A stretch of DNA of 64,000 nucleotides from an uncultured Alphaproteobacteria bacterium (GCA_902586855.1 CACIIZ010000001.1:54326-118325); one strand, 5' to 3'. Positions 10,998 through 19,955 are shown, counted from the first letter of the stretch. Made by a program: numbers and translations. The notes: a model not told the origin generated them from the sequence alone.

Positions 10998-11286
10998 TTG
11001 ACTTCCTATTTTTTTGTTTACTAATGTAATTACTAGCAAACTCTACTTTCAAAATCTCGTGAGTTTGTGTATTGCGAGTGACCACCAACCAGGACCTATC
11101 ACCATATTCATGGTACCATAGTTCTTTATGAATCCCTGCAGGGTTTTGACGTAAGTATAAATAGTCATGAAAAGCATCATAATCCACTGGCTCCACTCTT
11201 TCTGGCCGAAAAACCAATTCAGCATCTCCTTTGTAAACGAATTCACAAGCATCTCTTGGTCCTAAATATGGGTGTGGAATAATCAT
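10990..11286 (-). CDS. soxD: sarcosine oxidase delta subunit family (SoxD / MgdB-type)
   Basis: 98 aa, MIIPHPYLGPRDACEFVYKGDA... is typical of the delta subunit. It is sandwiched between soxB and soxA. Confidence 0.85.
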   Translation of the reverse strand: MIIPHPYLGPRDACEFVYKGDAELVFRPERVEPVDYDAFHDYLYLRQNPAGIHKELWYHEYGDRSWLVVTRNTQTHEILKVEFASNYISKQKNRKSNV

Positions 11287-11298
11287 GATTTCATAATC

Positions 11299-12555
11299 TC
11301 AATGCAAATTAGGTTGAGCACCGACCCCTTTTTCATCAATTAAATTGCCCGTCCTAAATCTATCAAGCTTGTAACCTCTTGCTACAGGATGGGGCGTATC
11401 GGTGGCTAGTAGGTGGGCATAACAATAGCCACTAGCCGGTGTAGCTTTAAATCCTCCATAACACCATCCTCCATTAAAATATAATCCATCAATATGCGTT
11501 CTATCTATAAAGGGAGATCCGTCCATGGACATATCCATCACCCCTCCCCACATTCTCAATAATCTTGCGCGACCAATCATGGGTATAATAGCCATTCCGC
11601 CCTCGCACACATCTTCTACAACTGGGAGATTGCCTCTTTGGGCATAGCTATTATAACCGTCTAGATCTCCCCCAAAGACAAGACCACCCTTATCGGATTG
11701 ACTGACATAAAAATGACCTGCACCAAAAGTTATTACATTATCTAAAATAGGTTTCAAACCTTCAGATACAAAGGCTTGTAACACATGGCTTTCTATAGGA
11801 AGCCGGATACCGGCTGTGCTCATGACTTGGCTTGATGATCCCGCCACGCAAGAAGCCACCTTTTTGGCTTGTATGTCTCCCTTTGACGTCCGAACACCAG
11901 AACAGACTCCGTTTTTTATGATGAAGCCTTCCACGTTACAGTTTTGAATTATATCAACGCCTTTCATGTCTGCTCCGCGGGCATACCCCCAGGCAACGGC
12001 GTCATGTCTAACGGTTCCCCCACGTTTTTGCATCAAGGCACCTTTTACTGGAAACCTAGCATTTTCAAAATCTAAATATGGACATAGTTTTCTTAAAGCA
12101 TTTTCATCTAGTAAATCAGCATCAGCCCCAGACAGGAGCATAGCGTTTCCACGCCGTACAAATGCGTCCCTTTGAGGATCACTATGAAAAATATTAATGA
12201 CGCCTCTTTGCGATACCATGGAGTTATAATTGGTGTCTTGTTCTAAGCCTTCCCATAACTTTAATGAAAACTCATAAAAGGGCTCATTTTCAGGCAACAA
12301 ATAATTGGAACGAATAATCGTTGTATTTCTTCCAATGTTACCAGACCCCAACCAGCCTTTTTCGAGTACGGCAACATTATTAATATTATAAACATTGCTA
12401 AGATAGTAAGCAGTTGATAAACCGTGGCCACCGCCACCAATAATGATTACGTCATAATTCTTCTTTGGCTGAGGCTCACGCCAAGCTTTTCGCCAACCGC
12501 GGTTACCAAATATACCTTCGAGAAAGATTTTTGCTGCAGAATATTTCATGTTCAA
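11299..12555 (-). CDS. soxB: sarcosine oxidase beta subunit family (SoxB / MgdA-type) FAD flavoprotein
   Basis: 418 aa with dinucleotide fold VIIIGGGGHGLSTAYYLS. First gene of the B-D-A-G order. Confidence 0.9.
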   Translation of the reverse strand: MNMKYSAAKIFLEGIFGNRGWRKAWREPQPKKNYDVIIIGGGGHGLSTAYYLSNVYNINNVAVLEKGWLGSGNIGRNTTIIRSNYLLPENEPFYEFSLKLWEGLEQDTNYNSMVSQRGVINIFHSDPQRDAFVRRGNAMLLSGADADLLDENALRKLCPYLDFENARFPVKGALMQKRGGTVRHDAVAWGYARGADMKGVDIIQNCNVEGFIIKNGVCSGVRTSKGDIQAKKVASCVAGSSSQVMSTAGIRLPIESHVLQAFVSEGLKPILDNVITFGAGHFYVSQSDKGGLVFGGDLDGYNSYAQRGNLPVVEDVCEGGMAIIPMIGRARLLRMWGGVMDMSMDGSPFIDRTHIDGLYFNGGWCYGGFKATPASGYCYAHLLATDTPHPVARGYKLDRFRTGNLIDEKGVGAQPNLH

Positions 12556-12579
12556 CTTCCAACTACAATATGATATAGA

Positions 12580-12591
12580 TTTTGGTATAAT
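12580..12591 (+). promoter_or_regulatory. TTTTGGTATAAT box (extended -10-like), candidate promoter of the GlxA-type regulator
   Basis: TGGTATAAT matches the extended -10 consensus TGnTATAAT and lies 65 nt upstream of the GTG at 12656. The same motif recurs at 12631-12643, 15101-15117 (minus strand) and 33366-33380 (minus strand). Confidence 0.35.
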
Positions 12592-12630
12592 GCATCCATA
12601 TAAAAGACATTAAATTTCATGAAAAAGACA

Positions 12631-12643
12631 TTTTTGGTATAGT
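12631..12643 (+). promoter_or_regulatory. second copy of the T-tract + GGTATA box (TTTTTGGTATAGT)
   Basis: Direct repeat of the 12580 box, 51 nt downstream. A third GGTATAAT sits at 12647-12654, just before the start codon. Confidence 0.25.
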
Positions 12644-12655
12644 AAAGGTATAATT

Positions 12656-13618
12656 GTGTATAGAGTGGGGGTGCTTTTACTAGATGGATTCGCTTTGATG
12701 TCTTACGCGTCATTAGTAGAGCCTTTCAGGGCTGCAAATTTCCTGGATAACGAAAAACTCTATCAAATAGTGAATTTAACAGAAAAAAAACAAGGAGCGG
12801 TTTCTTCCTCGGGACTGAGAGTCGAGTCAGACTATACGCTCGGAGATTTCCCTGCACTAGATTTATTGATGGTTGTCGCGGGAGGTGATCCTTTGAAGTA
12901 TGAAAACAAATCATTATTCAACTGGATCAATAAATTTGCTAGATTTGGAGTAATGATAGGAGGTGTTTCAGGGGGGCCAATCATCTTAGTTAAATCGGGG
13001 TTGATGAAAGACTACCGTATGACTGTTCACTGGGAGCATGCTCCCACTTTATTGGAAATCTATGACGATCTGCTGCTGGAGAAAAGCCTCTTTGTTTTTG
13101 ATCGCGATCGCATAACATGTGCCGGAGGAACTGCACCTATTGACATGGCTTTAGCACTGATTTCTAGGAGGCAAGGGGCCTTTTTTGCCCAGCTCGTAAG
13201 TGATTGGTTCTTACATACTGAAATTAGACCTTCAGGAGGGCCTCAGAGATCCAATCTTATTAATAGAGTTGGTACTACAAATAATAAGGCACTAATAGCA
13301 ATAGAGCTAATGGAGACTCATATAGCCGACCCCTTGAGTCTGGAAAACCTTGGAAATTTAACAGGAGTATCTCGAAGACAGCTGAATCGAGTTTTTCAAA
13401 AGGCTTTTAATAAAGGGACAATGGAGTACTATCGTGAGATAAGATTGGAAAAGGCAAAAAACTTGTTAAGAAATTCAAGAATGTCTGTAGCTGAAATTTC
13501 AGAAGTGACAGGTTTTTGTACGGCATCACATTTCTCCAGGTCCTTCTTAAATTTGTTTGCGGTACCACCATCTGACTACAGAAAGGGGAGCCAATTTGCA
13601 TTTGTGGGTGACTCGTGA
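12656..13618 (+). CDS. GlxA-family transcriptional regulator (DJ-1/PfpI-like domain + AraC HTH; GbdR/CdhR type)
   Basis: 320 aa with an N-terminal amidotransferase-like domain (RVGVLLLDGFALMSYASLVEPFR) and C-terminal AraC HTH (LTGVSRRQLNRVFQKAF ... GFCTASHFSRSF). Confidence 0.85.
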   Translation: MYRVGVLLLDGFALMSYASLVEPFRAANFLDNEKLYQIVNLTEKKQGAVSSSGLRVESDYTLGDFPALDLLMVVAGGDPLKYENKSLFNWINKFARFGVMIGGVSGGPIILVKSGLMKDYRMTVHWEHAPTLLEIYDDLLLEKSLFVFDRDRITCAGGTAPIDMALALISRRQGAFFAQLVSDWFLHTEIRPSGGPQRSNLINRVGTTNNKALIAIELMETHIADPLSLENLGNLTGVSRRQLNRVFQKAFNKGTMEYYREIRLEKAKNLLRNSRMSVAEISEVTGFCTASHFSRSFLNLFAVPPSDYRKGSQFAFVGDS

Positions 13619-13665
13619 TTTACAGAAGGTACAGAAGTAACACGATATAAATAAAAAGGGTCTTG

Positions 13666-14385
13666 ATGCATATATTAATCCTCCAACATGCTAGAGTGGA
13701 GACGGCAGGTTCTTTGGGACACTTCCTCAAGGAGGATGGACATACTAGCCAGATAGTTCACCTAGATGAAGGAGAACAAATCCCAAAAGATAAAAATATG
13801 GATGGTCTTTGGGTTTTAGGTGGGCCAATGGATGTTTGGGATGAGGGGCAGTTGCCTTGGTTAAAAGATGAAAAGTTGTTTATTCGTTCACAAGTATACG
13901 ACAAGGGGGTGCCTTTTCTGGGCATTTGTTTAGGCCATCAATTATTGGCTGAAAGTCTTGGAGGTCGTGTAGCTAAATCACTTAATCCTGAAGTTGGGTT
14001 TTTGGATGTATCTCTTACCGAAAGCGGGCAAACTGGGGTATTTTTTGATGGACTCCCAGATATTTTTAAGACCCTCCAGTGGCATGGCGCTGAGGTTGTT
14101 GAATTGCCTCCGGGTGCTAAAAGCTTAGCCTGGTCGGAAAATTGTCATATTCAGGCTATGCAATGGAATACCAGAGCCTTTTCTGTACAGTTTCATGTGG
14201 AGATAGAAGAAGATACTGTAAAAAAATGGGCTAATATTCCCGAATATCGGGCGTCATTAGATAAAGCAATGGGAGAAAATGGTTTCGAAAAGATGCAAGA
14301 GGCTTGTTTTGCGAACATTCCCAGCATGAAGCAAAAAGCGGAGAGGCTATATATTAACTGGATGCAGGCGACAGCCCAAACTTAA
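13666..14385 (+). CDS. class-I (type 1) glutamine amidotransferase-like protein
   Basis: About 239 aa with catalytic-triad context GICLGHQLL and QFHVE. AAGGG SD upstream of the ATG at 13666. Confidence 0.8.
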   Translation: MHILILQHARVETAGSLGHFLKEDGHTSQIVHLDEGEQIPKDKNMDGLWVLGGPMDVWDEGQLPWLKDEKLFIRSQVYDKGVPFLGICLGHQLLAESLGGRVAKSLNPEVGFLDVSLTESGQTGVFFDGLPDIFKTLQWHGAEVVELPPGAKSLAWSENCHIQAMQWNTRAFSVQFHVEIEEDTVKKWANIPEYRASLDKAMGENGFEKMQEACFANIPSMKQKAERLYINWMQATAQT

Positions 14386-15074
14386 GTTCCAGCGGCTCGG
14401 GTCAGGGAAAGTCTGGCGATTTCCAAATGTTCTTTCATAAATGCAGCTGCTTTTTCAGGTTCCCGCGCTCTGATTGCGTTCAAGATTTGCCGGTGTTGTA
14501 TATTGTATGTCCTTATTATTGTATCATTTAATGTTTGATGTCTTGCTCTCATCCACTCATCTTGGCCTCGGACTGAATTGATTTGATTTATGATCCAAAT
14601 TAAAAGATTGTTTCCAGTGCAGTCTGATAAAATCTGATGAAATGCAGAATCAGCTGATGAGAATTGTGTGGGATCCTTGACACTTCTTTCCATGGTTTCA
14701 ACTAAGGTTTCAAGTTGCTCAAATTGATCTTTCTTTCCGTGCAAAACTGCTAATCTACAAATATGTGGCTCTAATGCAAATCGAGCATCAATTAATTCTA
14801 AAGGGTTGGCATTCTTAACTTCAGATACTGGGAGAGCAGAAGTTTCATAGATAACGAAGGCTCCACTCCCAGCCCTTATTTCTAGAAACTTTTCTGATTC
14901 TAATTTTGCCAGGGCTGATCTAATAGTACCTCTTGACACCCTAAAACGCTCAGCTAACTCTCTTTCAGCTGGAAGTTTTTCTGGTGCTAGAAGTTGCCCG
15001 TTTAGAATTTCTCTTCTTATGCCTGCTGCTATACTCTCCGAGCCATGCCTGATAGTTTCACTTGAGGCGTCCAT
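14382..15074 (-). CDS. GntR-family (FadR/FCD subfamily) transcriptional regulator
   Basis: 230 aa with an N-terminal winged HTH (LPAERELAERFRVSRGTIRSALAKLE) and an all-helical FCD-like C-terminus. AAGGAG SD. Its stop overlaps the convergent amidotransferase stop by 4 nt. Confidence 0.85.
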   Translation of the reverse strand: MDASSETIRHGSESIAAGIRREILNGQLLAPEKLPAERELAERFRVSRGTIRSALAKLESEKFLEIRAGSGAFVIYETSALPVSEVKNANPLELIDARFALEPHICRLAVLHGKKDQFEQLETLVETMERSVKDPTQFSSADSAFHQILSDCTGNNLLIWIINQINSVRGQDEWMRARHQTLNDTIIRTYNIQHRQILNAIRAREPEKAAAFMKEHLEIARLSLTRAAGT

Positions 15075-15100
15075 AAAAAAATCTCCTTTTGTATACCGAT

Positions 15101-15117
15101 ATTATACCAAAAAAGAG
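15101..15117 (-). promoter_or_regulatory. CTCTTTTTTGGTATAAT box (extended -10-like), candidate gntR promoter
   Basis: On the minus strand it reads ...TTTTTTGGTATAATATCGGTATACAAAAGGAGATTTTTTTATG. The -10-like hexamer lies about 27 nt upstream of the start at 15074 with the SD in between. 15 nt (15102-15116) are identical to 33366-33380. Confidence 0.35.
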
Positions 15118-15209
15118 ACAAATCAAGCTTATTGGTACTTTTTTTGTTTGATTTTGGTTTTTTTTTGGCTTACGATTAGCCTAGAAAAAAGTTTTAGGGG
15201 AGAAAACTG

Positions 15210-16553
15210 ATGGCTTTTCCTAATCATGCAGAGTTCGTAATAATTGGGGCAGGGATTCATGGGTTGTCAACGGCTTGGCAATTAGCAAAGAGGTTTCAAG
15301 AAGCCGGAAAGGAAATAGAAGGGCGTATAATAGTTCTTGATAAAACAGGAATAGCGTCCGGGGCCTCAGGTATAGCCTGTGGAGTTGTTCGTAATAATTA
15401 TTTCCAGCCTGCTATGCGAGAGCTAATGGCCCATTCGGTTGATCTATGGGAGAGTGACCCGGAAGGCCTTCATTATCATCCTGTAGGTTACATGCAAATT
15501 TCTTCTGAAACTATGAGATCAGATGTTTCCCAGATATATCAGCAACAGGCTGCAATAGGTTATGAGAGTCATTTTGTAGAAGGTGAAAATGCTTCGACTA
15601 AGTATATGAGAGGTTTCTTTGATGACTGGCAAGCAAAGGGAATCACTTCAGTTCTTCACGAGAAAAGAGGTGGCTACTCGAATCAAACAAAAACAATGTA
15701 TGGGCTTGCTTCCAAGGTTGAAGCTCTGGGCGTCAGGATTATTGCTGGAGCGGAAGTAAAGGGTTTTATTAACGAGAATGGGTCGGGTTCTGTCAAGGCT
15801 GTTGAAACCAATTTGGGTAGAGTAGAGTGCGATCATGTCGTGATCGGTGCAGGACCATGGGTAAGAGACTTTTGGGATATGTTGGATTTACCCAAGAAGA
15901 TAGAAGTTAAAGATTTAGTGGGAGACCTACACTCTAATGTGGATATGTGGAGATATTGGCAATTGGAGGAAGGAGTCCTAAATGTAGATCCTGGTATGTT
16001 TAAGACTAATGATGGGGAAGTCCCCCCAGTTTTACATGTGGATACTGATGCTCCGCTTATTTCAGATGTGGATGGTTCGATCATTACAGAAGAGATGTGG
16101 GGAATTTATTATAAACCAGACTGGCATTTTGGTGGGATACAAGGAGGAGCTTCACCTTATAAAGTCGAAACACCTGTAGATAAGGTGAAGGTAGATCCTT
16201 ATGGACCGTCGAGCCCTGAATTTGTTTCGAGCAAAGAGTTTGCCCATATGTGGGTTTCTGCTTTAGCGCATTGCCATAAAAGGTTTGAAGGTTCAATGCC
16301 TAAATACCATCGGGATCCATCTGGAGGAATAGGTTGTTTTACCCCGGATAGTTTCCCTGTTTTTGATCATTTTAGAGAAAATGTAGCTGTAATTGCTGAT
16401 TCTAACCATGGTTGGAAAATGATAGGTGTTGGGCACTTGATTGCTGATGAGGTTTTAGGCAATGAACAGGATTTACTAAAGCCCTTTAGGTTTAACAGGT
16501 TTAGCAAAGGCGATTTGCATCCAGTCTCTAATAGTCCGTACCCTTGGAGTTAA
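15210..16553 (+). CDS. FAD-dependent oxidoreductase, SoxB/MgdA-like (DAO family), not accompanied by alpha/gamma/delta partners
   Basis: 447 aa. N-terminus FVIIGAGIHGLSTAWQLAKRF parallels the soxB product VIIIGGGGHGLSTAYYLS. First gene of the 15.2-23.2 kb operon. Confidence 0.8.
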   Translation: MAFPNHAEFVIIGAGIHGLSTAWQLAKRFQEAGKEIEGRIIVLDKTGIASGASGIACGVVRNNYFQPAMRELMAHSVDLWESDPEGLHYHPVGYMQISSETMRSDVSQIYQQQAAIGYESHFVEGENASTKYMRGFFDDWQAKGITSVLHEKRGGYSNQTKTMYGLASKVEALGVRIIAGAEVKGFINENGSGSVKAVETNLGRVECDHVVIGAGPWVRDFWDMLDLPKKIEVKDLVGDLHSNVDMWRYWQLEEGVLNVDPGMFKTNDGEVPPVLHVDTDAPLISDVDGSIITEEMWGIYYKPDWHFGGIQGGASPYKVETPVDKVKVDPYGPSSPEFVSSKEFAHMWVSALAHCHKRFEGSMPKYHRDPSGGIGCFTPDSFPVFDHFRENVAVIADSNHGWKMIGVGHLIADEVLGNEQDLLKPFRFNRFSKGDLHPVSNSPYPWS

Positions 16554-16595
16554 GTTAAGAGAATAATTACTAAGATTTTTGGAAAGGAGAGAACA

Positions 16596-18077
16596 GTGTC
16601 AAAGAAGGATATAGAGGAGTTTGTTGAAGCTCCAGGCCGTGAAGAAAAAATTAAGGAAGTTAGAAAAAAAATTGACGAACTGGGGATTACATACTTGTAT
16701 CTCCAATTTGTTTCGGTCACTGGAAAGATTATGGGCAAAGGTATTCCTGCTGATCATTGGGAAAGCATTTCAAGGAAAGGATTTCAGTTAGTTTATGGGG
16801 CAACGGTCAATCTGTTCACCAATAGGTCAGGAGATTATTTGGGATATGGCCCTGAGGCTGCAGAATTGGTGGGTATACCGGAACCAGAAACATTTATGCA
16901 ATTACCTTGGGATAAAAGGGTAGCCAGATTTTACTGCACACTTTTTCGTAATAGAGAAGAGCGCGAAAACCCTGGTGCCTATCTAACGGCTGATTGTAGG
17001 GGTAATTTGCGGAGGCTTCATAGGGAGTTTTCAAAGAAGCATAATGGCTTGCAGTTAAGAATGGGCACAGAGCCGGAAATGATGTGGCTGAAGTTTGATG
17101 AGGATGGAAAACCGAAAGATGGCTATTCGAAGCCTTATTGTTACCATATTGACCAATTTGAGAGTTTGCGGCCTGTTTATATGAAGGTGATTGAGTACGC
17201 GAGAGCTATGGGCTTAGATATGATTCAAGGAGATCACGAAGATGCCCCTGGTCAATTAGAGCTGAATTTTACTTTTGACGATGTCTTGAGGAATGCGGAC
17301 AGATTAACAACATATAGACAAATTTGTGCCCAAGTCGCTCGTGAGTTTGGAATATTCGCCTGCTTCATGAGTAAACCTTTTATGGGGGTTTCTGCTTCTG
17401 GTTGCCATCATAATATGTCGCTATGGAGAGGTGGAGAAGATGTCTTCATTCCTATGGGTAATGATCCAAAAAACTTACCAGGCATGCGGGATAACTATAT
17501 GCATGTGAAAGGCGGCGAAAATACTTTCATGCCTGACGGAGATGATCCCCAAATGCCACAGAAGGCAGGATTAGAAGCAATTGGGGGTATCGTCCACCAT
17601 CTCAGAGCATTAACGGCAATTGGTTGCTCTACTGTAAATTCTTATCGCCGACTGTGGGATACTGGGTTTTGGGCACCTGTATTTGCGGATTGGGGGTTTC
17701 AAAACCGCACAACTGGGCTCAGGGTTTCGGCTCCAGGGCGTTTCGAATACAGGTCAGTAGACTCTATGGTAAATCCATATCTTATGGGATCCACAATTAT
17801 AGCTGCTGCTGATGACGGCATTGAGAATAAGCTAGATCCTGGACCACCCGAAGAAAGAAATATATATCAAGCCATGGAGGCTGGTAAGCAAGTTAAGAAG
17901 TTACCTATGTCATTAGGGGAATCCCTTGAAGCTTTAGCTAATGATCCTGTTGTTCAAAAAGGCATGCCAGGTGAAATGTATGGCCTTTTTCATGAATACA
18001 AGGCTGATGAGTGGGCGCGCTTTATGTCAACGGTCACGGATTGGGACAACGATACTTATATGGAATGTTTGCCATAA
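16596..18077 (+). CDS. glutamine synthetase family protein, long form (candidate gamma-glutamyl-alkylamide synthetase, GmaS-like)
   Basis: 493 aa with a GTG start and GGAGAG SD. GS catalytic-domain motifs are present (GTEPEMMW, HEDAPGQLELNF, SGCHHNMSLW, NSYRRL). It sits directly upstream of mgsABC-type genes and has extra segments compared with the 435-aa paralogue at 35221..36528. Confidence 0.8.
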   Translation: MSKKDIEEFVEAPGREEKIKEVRKKIDELGITYLYLQFVSVTGKIMGKGIPADHWESISRKGFQLVYGATVNLFTNRSGDYLGYGPEAAELVGIPEPETFMQLPWDKRVARFYCTLFRNREERENPGAYLTADCRGNLRRLHREFSKKHNGLQLRMGTEPEMMWLKFDEDGKPKDGYSKPYCYHIDQFESLRPVYMKVIEYARAMGLDMIQGDHEDAPGQLELNFTFDDVLRNADRLTTYRQICAQVAREFGIFACFMSKPFMGVSASGCHHNMSLWRGGEDVFIPMGNDPKNLPGMRDNYMHVKGGENTFMPDGDDPQMPQKAGLEAIGGIVHHLRALTAIGCSTVNSYRRLWDTGFWAPVFADWGFQNRTTGLRVSAPGRFEYRSVDSMVNPYLMGSTIIAAADDGIENKLDPGPPEERNIYQAMEAGKQVKKLPMSLGESLEALANDPVVQKGMPGEMYGLFHEYKADEWARFMSTVTDWDNDTYMECLP

Positions 18078-18135
18078 TTCGGGACTTGCGGCGTTCAAAG
18101 TTAACAATGATATAATATGATAAGGAGCACTATGA

Positions 18136-19068
18136 ATGTGTGGAATAGCAGGGTTAATCCATAGAGGAAAGAAATCGACGGTTGGTTCTGAAATGACCCA
18201 AATGCTGCAAGCATTGAAGCATCGGGGACCAGATTCAACGGGTTATGCCGTTTACGGAGAGGCTGGCGGTGGATTAGTAATGAGGTTAAAGATAGCTGAA
18301 GCGGATGATATGGATAGGGGGAGCGGAATATATGCTGAACTCGATCGTAGGATAGACGCCGTTGATGTTATCATGGAAGAACATGGAGTTAAGGTCTCAA
18401 AAAAGGAAAAAGTTACTGATTATGCATATCGTTATGAGTACAACTTCACTGGAGATTTAGGTAAACTCGCTGAGCATGTCGAAGAAGTTGAAGGAGCGGA
18501 GATTCTTTCAATTGGTAAAGGCTTAGAGTTAATAAAAGATCTTGGAGATGCTGCTGTAGTTTCTGAGGCTTATGGATTAAAAGCTTTTCAAGGAACTCAT
18601 GGAATTGGTCACACAAGAATGGCTACAGAGTCAGATGTGGACATACGTTCGGCGCATCCTTATTGGGCTTTCCCATACAATGATGTTTCGGTTGTTCACA
18701 ATGGGCAGATAACAAATTACTGGATAATGAGAAGACAAATGGAGAAAAAAGGCCATAGGTTTACCTCTAACTGTGACAGCGAGCTATTAGCAGTTTATAC
18801 TGCCCATAATCTATCACTTGGAATTAGTTTGGAAGACAGTCTTAGGCAATCAATTGAGGAAATTGATGGTGTATTCACATATTTAGTGGCAACCAAAGAT
18901 CAGCTAGGAATGGCTAAAGATACTATGGCAGCAAAACCCTTGGTTCTTTATGAAAGTGATAAATTGATAGCAATGGCTTCAGAGGAGGTAGCTATCAGAG
19001 CCATTCTCCCAGAAGAGATCGATACTTCTGACCCATATGACGAGGAGGTAAGAGTATGGCAAGCGTAA
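18136..19068 (+). CDS. mgsA: class-II glutamine amidotransferase subunit (N-methylglutamate synthase subunit A / GlxB-type)
   Basis: 310 aa starting MCGIAG, the N-terminal nucleophile Cys of Ntn amidotransferases. Gene order matches mgsA-mgsB-mgsC. Confidence 0.8.
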   Translation: MCGIAGLIHRGKKSTVGSEMTQMLQALKHRGPDSTGYAVYGEAGGGLVMRLKIAEADDMDRGSGIYAELDRRIDAVDVIMEEHGVKVSKKEKVTDYAYRYEYNFTGDLGKLAEHVEEVEGAEILSIGKGLELIKDLGDAAVVSEAYGLKAFQGTHGIGHTRMATESDVDIRSAHPYWAFPYNDVSVVHNGQITNYWIMRRQMEKKGHRFTSNCDSELLAVYTAHNLSLGISLEDSLRQSIEEIDGVFTYLVATKDQLGMAKDTMAAKPLVLYESDKLIAMASEEVAIRAILPEEIDTSDPYDEEVRVWQA

Positions 19069-19925
19069 CAGAAAATGAATTAAAATCTATGACCCAAGAA
19101 GAGCGTGTCAAAGCTCTTGGAATGACTAGTGAACAATTGACGGGCAGGTCGATGTTTATGGAATTTGATCCTGGTGAAACCGAGAGATTTGAATATCCTT
19201 GGGCACCCAAGGTCGATTTCAATAAGAGGACTGAGCTAGACTCAGAGAATATGACATCAACCGAAGTAAATAACGAGATTCGAAAACTAATGAATGAAGG
19301 ATATGGCACAATTGTCCTAAAGAATCCTAGAGGCAAGCACTCTTTAGCTGTTGGGATCTTGAGTAAACTTAATCTCATTATAGAGGGATCCACTGGTTAT
19401 TTTGGCGTCGGATTGATAGATGGTCCAAATGTGAGAATTAATGGTAGAGTAGGATGGTCCTGTGGCGAAAATATGATGTCAGGAACCGTCTTAATTGAGA
19501 AAAACGCTGGCTCCACTTTTGGAGCAGCTATTAGGGGAGGAGATCTTGTCTGTAAAGGTTCGGTAGGATCTAGGACAGGAATTGATATGAAAGGTGGCAC
19601 GATCATTGTCGGGGGTGACACAGGTGCTTTATCTGGTTTCATGATGCAACGCGGTAGGATGATAGTTTGCGGAAATGCTGGAAAAAACCTTGGTGATTCA
19701 ATGTATGATGGAACAATCTATGTTGGTGGATCAATTAAGTCGTGTGGTGTTGATGCCGTAGAAGCTGAGTTAACCCAGGTTGATAAGGATTGGCTTAAAA
19801 GAAAGTTAAACCTGTATGGGCTCTTACCAACTAAAGGAGTTGATCATTTCACAAAAGTAGTCGCTGGCAAAATGCTATGGAACTATGACAATTTAGAACC
19901 AACGGAAAAGAAACTTATTCTTTAA
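19056..19925 (+). CDS. mgsB: GXGXG-motif glutamate-synthase C-terminal-domain protein (N-methylglutamate synthase subunit B / GlxC-type)
   Basis: 289 aa with repeated G-rich beta-helix repeats (GSTGYFGVG, GWSCGENMMSG, GSVGSRTGIDMKGG, GGDTGALSGFMM). 13-nt overlap with mgsA. Confidence 0.8.
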   Translation: MASVTENELKSMTQEERVKALGMTSEQLTGRSMFMEFDPGETERFEYPWAPKVDFNKRTELDSENMTSTEVNNEIRKLMNEGYGTIVLKNPRGKHSLAVGILSKLNLIIEGSTGYFGVGLIDGPNVRINGRVGWSCGENMMSGTVLIEKNAGSTFGAAIRGGDLVCKGSVGSRTGIDMKGGTIIVGGDTGALSGFMMQRGRMIVCGNAGKNLGDSMYDGTIYVGGSIKSCGVDAVEAELTQVDKDWLKRKLNLYGLLPTKGVDHFTKVVAGKMLWNYDNLEPTEKKLIL

Positions 19926-19955
19926 GATTTTAGTAGAATTCAGAAGGAAAATATA

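Noticed and set aside
18995-19393. 132-aa minus-strand ORF antisense to mgsA/mgsB
   Set aside because: A shadow ORF opposite conserved GXGXG-repeat coding sequence, with no independent support.
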